From the human T2T-CHM13v2.0 reference genome, Homo sapiens: a stretch of 64,000 nucleotides of DNA. The stretch lies in NCBI RefSeq assembly GCF_009914755.1, contig NC_060926.1. One strand, written 5' to 3'. Shown in pieces: positions 61,109-64,000 of this stretch. Under the pieces are notes generated by a model. The model had not been told where the DNA came from. It did not search any database and saw only the letters and a list, made by a program, of their open reading frames with translations. Both the position numbers and the translations under genes were made by a program. Position 1 is the stretch's first letter. Each line of letters opens with the position of its first letter.

Positions 61109-62369
61109 TAAGTTTTTTTGTGGGAGTATAATTTGGTACAACAACCCTGGAAAACTGGCAGTGTCTACTAAAACTAACATGTATTTACCATATGATCCAG
61201 CAGTACTACTCTTGGGTGTATATCAACAGAAATAAGTGCTTATAACCACCAAAAGATGGACAACTATGTGGACACAACTCAAATATTTATCAACAGTAGA
61301 CTGGATAAATAAAATGTGCTATATTCATACAATGGATTTCTCCCCAATAATGAAAAAGAATGTACTACTGTCACACAGTACGGACATGACACATACAATT
61401 GTTAAGTGAGAAAGTCATACTTAAAAGAGTATACACTGTATGAATCCATTCATATCAAGTTCAAAAACAGATACAACTAATTATTGTCAAGGAGGTCAGA
61501 ATATCGGGTGCCTTTTGGGGGTGGATATTGACTAGAAGCAGCTCCGAGGCAGCCTTCTGAGTGGCTGGCTAGAAGCGTTCTGTATCTTAATCCGGGTAGT
61601 GGGTTACAAAGACTCTCCTTGATGACACTCTGAAGAGGCTTCTCTGAGCCCTGTTCTCCACTAGGCTTCAGCCTTGGCCTGTAACTACTGCAGATTCTGA
61701 GCACACATTATTTTATCCATGCCCCACACTAACAGACCTAAACAAATACTAGCATGCCCCTAGGATGATGACTTCGGTCACCTTTAGTTACTGCCTGGGA
61801 AAGCTCAAGAATGCCAAAATAATATATGTTTGTTCCAGTTCTATGAACCTATGGTGACCACAACGTTTGATTTTATTCTGAAACTGTTGTTAACTGTATC
61901 CATTCAATTTAATGATGGGTGTCTTGTTCTTTCAACAACAAAAAAATATCTTATGGAGCAATTTCACTTTTGACCCCTCACTCTTACTTTTTCATATTCT
62001 GCGATCACAGACTCAGAACACATCCATTTGCTAATCAGATTTGTTTCTTTCCTGGAGGATTGTGACTTTTTAACTGCTGCATCATTAAAAAATTTTTTTT
62101 CATATGTTTAAGGTAAGTTCTTTAGCATCAACAGTTCTAAAGGTTCTAAAGGTTCTCTGCCCTTTCAGATCAGTGCCCACTGTTTTATAACATATATTTG
62201 TAACATCCCCTTTAGTAGGTTGAAGTGAAATTCATAATCTACCTTACATGAATATTTTCAAATAAATAAAAATTATGTTCTAACAGCAATATCAAGAATT
62301 AAAAAGAAAGCAATTTCTAGGAAAATAATATCGACTACAGTATGTAAATGCTTGGGCATAACTACATCA

Positions 62370-63083
<714 letters not shown>

Positions 63084-63420
63084 TGATGAGCTGTCAGAGT
63101 TACAATTTTCCAACTTTTAAAACATTTTTTAATAAAAGTCTGCCCTCAATTTATACAATATTTGCATTCCTGGGAAATTCGGTATATATTAAAAACCATA
63201 CAAAAATATTTTATATCTATATATGAAAGGGAGTTGTGTTCTAACCATATATTATTAAAATAGGCATTTCAACTACATGAAAGTGAATGTTTGATGAGAC
63301 GTTTGAAGGTCATGAGGATGAGGGACAATTCTTGACTGTGCTCTTTCCTATCTCAAGGACCTGCTGCCTGCTGTTCCCCCAGCTGGAATGTTCTTTCCCT
63401 GAATCTCCCTGTGAATGGCC

Positions 63421-63727
63421 TTTTTTTTTTTTTTTTTTTTTTTTCTGAGACGGAGTCTCGCTCTGTCGCCCAGGCTGGAGTGCAAGTGGCATGATCTCGG
63501 CTCACTGCAACCTCCGCCTCCCAGGTTCAAGCAATTCTCTACCTCAGCCTCCTGAGTAGCTGGGGTTACAGGCGCCCGCCACCACGCCTGGCTAATTTTT
63601 GTATTTTTAGTAGAGACGGGGTTTCACCATCTTGGCCAGACTGGTCTTGAACTCCCAACCTCGTGATCCACTTGCCTCAGCCTCCCAAAGTGCTGGGATT
63701 ACAGGCATGAGCCACTGCGCCTGGCCG
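63421..63727 (-). mobile_element. Alu (AluSg-like)
   Basis: Full antisense Alu. Confidence 0.96.
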
Positions 63728-63824
63728 GCTCTTTCTTAAACTGAGGACTCAGCTCAAATGTCACCTCCTCAGAACTTTCCTCTCCCCCAGTCACTTTTCA
63801 TTTTGAAATTCCTTCAGAGAACTG

Positions 63825-64000
63825 AAAATGTTTTCCGTCTCTTTGAAATGTATGTACATATTTTAAAAAGCTAAATAAGCCTCTTGCTAGTTTTGCGTCC
63901 TCAGAAGGTCTTTCTTGCGGGCCTCGGAGCCATCTCTTGGAAATGTGAACATCAAGGATGGTGCTCCATGTTTCTGTCTCTAGGAGGGTTTAAGCCTTGG
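63825..64000 (+). mobile_element. Probable ERV1 LTR fragment (MER89/MER90-like) running off the window edge
   Basis: GGAGCCATCTCTTGGAAATGTGAACATCAAGGA resembles that group. Confidence 0.4.

Overview
Primate (human-like) non-coding genomic DNA that is very rich in repeats. I count about 59 Alu-family copies or fragments, plus ERV1/ERVL/MaLR solo LTRs, hAT DNA-transposon relics (MER5A, MER20, MER58B, MER115) and L1M/L2/MIR fragments. Two retrocopies of cellular RNAs are clear: a full-length processed RPL21 pseudogene (~36057-36690, +) and a 5'-truncated 7SL RNA pseudogene (~15449-15705, -). I found no credible protein-coding exon. The ORF track is almost entirely Alu/LTR-derived noise apart from the RPL21 fragments. 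I see no evidence for a new gene system. The unusual features are structural: repeated insertion at one target site (24 kb, 62.4 kb), a templated complex insertion (30.5 kb), a tiny poly(T) insert flanked by a target-site duplication (TSD) at 47.7 kb, nested element stacks, a run of strand-alternating Alus, and two candidate enhancers. Subfamily names come from remembered consensus sequences and were not checked with RepeatMasker/Dfam. Boundaries of old elements are approximate.
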